From: Desulfobacterales bacterium
GTDB lineage: Bacteria; Desulfobacterota; Desulfobacteria; Desulfobacterales; UBA5852
DNA: 64,000 nucleotides
Direction of reading: 5' to 3'
NCBI GenBank assembly: GCA_963674755.2
Contig: CAXXVS010000003.1
Span: forward strand, 1,568,001 to 1,632,000
The first letter of the stretch is position 1. Each line of letters begins with the position of its first letter. Made by a program: the position numbers and the translations under genes. Positions 60,604 to 64,000 of the stretch are shown here, one piece after another. The notes under the pieces are model-generated. The model saw nothing but the letters and a program-made list of their open reading frames with translations, was not told the DNA's origin and made no database searches.

Positions 60604-61752
60604 CTAGGCCCACTGTACCTTTCTGAAAATTTGCTCCCGGTTGATCTGGTCCCTGTGGGCCAGGGCAAATTCGATCATCGCGGCAAGCACCTCGTCGGTG
60701 AGATAGCTGGGTTCCAGGCCGAGGTCCAAAAGTCCGGTGTGGCGCGGGTTGTAGTAGTGCGCTTCAGCCTCTTTGCGGGGATTGTCCCGCTGTTCCACCT
60801 GGACCTGGAGGTCCATCCGGTTGCCGACTTTTTGCACCCGGGATGCCAGCTCGTTGACGCTGAAGGTTTCGGTGAACTGGTTCAGGATGCGCAGCTCGCC
60901 CCTGGCGGCCGGTGTTTCGATCGCCAGGCGAATGCAGTTCAGGGTGTCCTGGATGTTCAAATACCCCCGGGTCTGGCCGCCCTGGCCATAGACGGTCAGG
61001 GGGTAGCCGATGGCGGCCTGGACCACGAACCGGTTGAGCACGGTTCCGAAAATCTCGTCATAGTTGAAGAAGGGCAGCAGGCGCCTGTCCGGCCCCGTTT
61101 CCTCGGTGAAGATGCCGTAGACCGGCCCCTGCATGAGATCCGTGACCCGCATATCCCACATCCGTACGTAAAACCAGAGCAGGTCCGTGTCCATGATTTT
61201 GGTGGTGTGATAAAGGCTGCCGGCCTGGCGCGGGAAGAGGAATGTGTGGTCGCGGCCCTTGTGATGGACGTCGATCCAGCCTTCCTCGATGTCGATATTC
61301 GGCGTCCCGTATTCGCCCATCGTGCCGAGTTTCACAATGTGGGCTTCCGGACAGAATTCCCGCACCGCGAAGATCAGGTTGGCCGTGACGTTGAGATTGT
61401 TGTTGAGGGTCAGCATGGCGGCCGGGCGATCGAGCATGGAATAGGGGGCCGCCGGCTGCTCGGCATAATGCACCACGGCATCGGGTGTGAACGCGGTAAA
61501 CAGCGTTTCAACGAACGACCAATCGGTCAGGTCGCCGATAAACGGCCGGATCGTATGCCCTGAACACTGTTTCCAGAGCGCGACGCGTTCGTCGAGGTCG
61601 GGCACGGCATAGAGCGGCACGACATTTTGCTCCCGGCAGAGGGACCGGCGCAGGTAGTTGTCGGCCACCGCTATCGCATGGCCGCGTGCGGAGAGGTGCA
61701 TGGCCGTGGGCCATCCCAGATAGCCGTCGCCGCCCAATATCAAGACCCGCAT
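60604..61752 (-). CDS. sqdB: UDP-sulfoquinovose synthase
   Basis: GGDGYLGWPT, AEQPAAPYSM, KLGTMGEYGTPNIDIEEG, GSLYHTTK, TDLMQG.VYG, FGTVLNRF, NPRKEAEAHYY. Confidence 0.9.
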   Translation of the reverse strand: MRVLILGGDGYLGWPTAMHLSARGHAIAVADNYLRRSLCREQNVVPLYAVPDLDERVALWKQCSGHTIRPFIGDLTDWSFVETLFTAFTPDAVVHYAEQPAAPYSMLDRPAAMLTLNNNLNVTANLIFAVREFCPEAHIVKLGTMGEYGTPNIDIEEGWIDVHHKGRDHTFLFPRQAGSLYHTTKIMDTDLLWFYVRMWDMRVTDLMQGPVYGIFTEETGPDRRLLPFFNYDEIFGTVLNRFVVQAAIGYPLTVYGQGGQTRGYLNIQDTLNCIRLAIETPAARGELRILNQFTETFSVNELASRVQKVGNRMDLQVQVEQRDNPRKEAEAHYYNPRHTGLLDLGLEPSYLTDEVLAAMIEFALAHRDQINREQIFRKVQWA

Positions 61753-62807
61753 CTGGCATCTCCCGGTGTGTTCAGCCCACAGGCCATCAATCCGGCCTGC
61801 TTTAAAAATCTTGCCAGCTCCGCCTCCGACATCAGGGGCTGGCTTTCGGACTGGTACGGTTGCAAGACCGCCTCCGAAACGACATCCGGATAAGTGTAGC
61901 TGATGTTGCGGTAGAGGTTCTTAAAGGCGGGCAAGACCACGAAATAGTCGGCCAGTTCGAGGGTGCGTCGGGTTTCTTCCCGGTTCAGGAGCTCCTCATA
62001 CATTTTTTCACCGGGCTTGGCACCGATCACTTGCACCTCGATCTGTTCGGGGCGCCGCCCGAATTGCGGTGCCAGTTCCCTTATCATGACCCGCGCCAGG
62101 GTTTCGATTTTGACGGCCCTCATTTTGGTAATGAACACTTCGCCCCCGCAGGCGTATCCGGCGGAATCCACCACCAACCGCACGGCGTCACCGATGCTCA
62201 TGATGAAGCGGGTCATGGCCGGGTCGGTCAGCGTCAGCGGTCCGCCCTGCCTGATTTGTTCACGGAAGATGGTGACGACGGATCCGCGGGACCCCAGAAC
62301 GTTACCGAAACGGGTGGAGGAGAAAATGGGGCCGTCCCCCCGCAGATTGCTGTTGGCCGCCGTCATGAGACGCTCGCCCATAAGTTTGGAGGTCCCCATG
62401 ACATTGGTGGGATTGACGGCCTTGTCGGAGCTGGTGAAGATGACCCGCGTCACCTTCTGGTCGATGGCCGCGGCGATGACGTTCTGGACGCCCATGATGT
62501 TAGTCTGTACCGCTTCGAACGGGGAGCGCTCGCAAAGGGTGACATGTTTGAAGGCCGCCGTATGAAAAACGACATCGATGCCCTTCATTTTGCTGATAAG
62601 TTTGCGGCGGTCACGCACATCGGCCAGGAAAAAAGACGCCTCGGAGCGGTCGTTGAAACACTGCTCGAGGGCGAAGAGTTCGCTTTCATTGTTGTCCAAG
62701 GCCACGAGTTCCGCGACGCGGCCGCCGGCCAACAGCTGATGGACCAGCTCCCGGCCGATGGTACCGCAGGCACCGGTGACCAGCACGCGCTTATGGGTTA
62801 AAGGCAA
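61740..62807 (-). CDS. CapD/PseB-like UDP-GlcNAc 4,6-dehydratase (polysaccharide biosynthesis protein)
   Basis: TGACGTIG, HTAAFKHV, SSDKAVNPTNVMGTSK, RFGNVLGSRGSV, MTRF, PGEKMYEEL; TTG start with AGGGAGG RBS. Confidence 0.88.
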   Translation of the reverse strand: MPLTHKRVLVTGACGTIGRELVHQLLAGGRVAELVALDNNESELFALEQCFNDRSEASFFLADVRDRRKLISKMKGIDVVFHTAAFKHVTLCERSPFEAVQTNIMGVQNVIAAAIDQKVTRVIFTSSDKAVNPTNVMGTSKLMGERLMTAANSNLRGDGPIFSSTRFGNVLGSRGSVVTIFREQIRQGGPLTLTDPAMTRFIMSIGDAVRLVVDSAGYACGGEVFITKMRAVKIETLARVMIRELAPQFGRRPEQIEVQVIGAKPGEKMYEELLNREETRRTLELADYFVVLPAFKNLYRNISYTYPDVVSEAVLQPYQSESQPLMSEAELARFLKQAGLMACGLNTPGDARCGS

Positions 62808-63153
62808 GGGTGCCTCCCTTCGATGATAGCCGAAATGCCGACATAGTCCTCCCCTGACGAGGGATCCCATCTGCCAGCCAACGTCCTGTGGCTGGTCACG
62901 GACCGGTACCCCACGGTGTCAACTGCCGGCCGGCAGTTGACACGGTTTTATAGCATCGAACGCCGGTTGAAGCATAGGGGTGCGTTTTGCGGGCCAGAAT
63001 GGAGGATATTCAGGGGGCTGTCAAGAATAGGCGTCTCGTTCATGGGTTGGGGGGCGCTAGCGACACAAGAATGGCATCTGCGGCCAGAAACGCGCCGCGA
63101 TGCCATGAAAGGTGTTGAACACCCCAAGGGCTCCTATTAAGCGTGGAGGCACT

Positions 63154-63990
63154 TCAAAAACGGTAGGTCCCGCCGGCTTCCCCGCGCACAAATTTGTCCC
63201 CCAGGGTCGTACCCAAGGCCTCAAAGGCGGCCTCACCGGTACAGTGGCAGGCAATCACCTTATCGATCGGAAACGCGGCCAAGGCGTCCACTGTTTTCGT
63301 TAGTCGCTGGGGGCCGGCATTGACCAGATGCAGGCCGCCGATGAGGGCCCGGATGCGGGCCATGCCGCTCACGCGGCGGATGTGGTCGATGGTGTTGATG
63401 ATGCCGGCGTGGCAGCAGCCCACGCAGATAACGAGGCCGTCTTCGGTCGCAATCCACAGGGCCATATCATCTTCGATGGGATCAGGGTGCCGGACGCCCG
63501 GGTCCAGGAAAAAGGGGCCGCCGCTATCCTCATAGGGGGTCTGGCGGGGGATGGGACCGGTCAGCCCCATGGCCTTCGTGATAAAGGTAGCTTCCGAAGC
63601 CCAATGCAGTTGTTTTTCGGGCACGCGGTCGAGGGCGCTCCGGGCTTGGCCGGGCATGTGGATCCCCTTGGGGCCTTCCTTGCGTTTACTGTAGCGGGGT
63701 TGCACCACCGCGGGATGGCAATACACATGGACGTTGGGGGCTTCCTGGAGCACGTGGGCCAGCCCGCCGGTGTGGTCGTAGTGCCCATGGCTTAACACCA
63801 ATTGGGAGATGGTGCGCAAATCCACGCCCAGGGCGCCGGCGTTGGCGGGCAGGGCCGGCCCCTGGCCGGTGTCGAACAGTGTATGCCGGCCTTCGGCTAC
63901 GATCCAGAGGGCCAGCCCGTGTTCGGCGGTGAGCCCCGGGGCGGCCTGGTTGTCGACCAGGATGGTGATGTCGATAGGGGGTGATGTCAT
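63154..63990 (-). CDS. MBL-fold hydrolase (7,8-dihydropterin-6-yl-methyl-ribofuranosylaminobenzene-phosphate synthase-like family)
   Basis: EHGL, LFDTG, SHGHYDHTGG, GCCHAG, GGLH, HCTG. Confidence 0.88.
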   Translation of the reverse strand: MTSPPIDITILVDNQAAPGLTAEHGLALWIVAEGRHTLFDTGQGPALPANAGALGVDLRTISQLVLSHGHYDHTGGLAHVLQEAPNVHVYCHPAVVQPRYSKRKEGPKGIHMPGQARSALDRVPEKQLHWASEATFITKAMGLTGPIPRQTPYEDSGGPFFLDPGVRHPDPIEDDMALWIATEDGLVICVGCCHAGIINTIDHIRRVSGMARIRALIGGLHLVNAGPQRLTKTVDALAAFPIDKVIACHCTGEAAFEALGTTLGDKFVRGEAGGTYRF

Positions 63991-64000
63991 CGGCCTGCTT

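Noticed and set aside
60604..61752. Conventional SQDG sulfolipid operon
   Set aside because: No GT4 SqdX or SqdD/SqdC gene in the window; cannot be excluded elsewhere in the genome
1..64000. tRNA, rRNA, tmRNA, RNase P, SRP RNA, transposase or prophage genes
   Set aside because: No diagnostic motifs seen by eye; a covariance-model scan would be needed to exclude small RNAs

Overview
GC-rich bacterial chromosomal window. Gene content and intergenic repeat families suggest a deltaproteobacterium (Desulfobacterota-like); this is inference. It holds about 55 CDS, and I saw no rRNA, tRNA, CRISPR array, transposase or integrase. Ordinary blocks: phoB-phoR, two M1 aminopeptidases, a metal-homeostasis block (terC, DtxR-family regulator, feoA-feoB-small Cys-rich protein, ZIP), a CoA-transferase, rarD, ilvD/leuCD/ilvBN, a cold-shock protein and a long-chain acyl-CoA ligase. 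The best candidate for an undescribed system is the translationally coupled operon at 941-5488. It encodes an 807-aa 'hypothetical' protein in which the glutamate-cysteine ligase/YbdK (carboxylate-amine ligase) motifs can be read in order, a pyruvoyl PSD-type decarboxylase and a divergent Lgt-type diacylglyceryl transferase. A DedA gene converges on it, phoBR lies nearby, and Pho-box-like repeats are present. It may make an amino-acid/thioether lipid during phosphate limitation. The second candidate (54.9-62.8 kb) has sqdB without sqdX/sqdD, linked to a DPM1-like GT2, a sulfotransferase, a flippase-like protein and a TMTC-like GT-C/TPR protein, suggesting sulfoquinovose/sulfated protein or surface glycosylation. 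Also noted: a kinase next to a degenerate GGDEF protein with an intact I-site, a cytoplasmic Mo-enzyme operon with an atypical Rieske protein, and several families of palindromic/MITE-like intergenic repeats. All family assignments come from motif recognition by eye, not from database searches.
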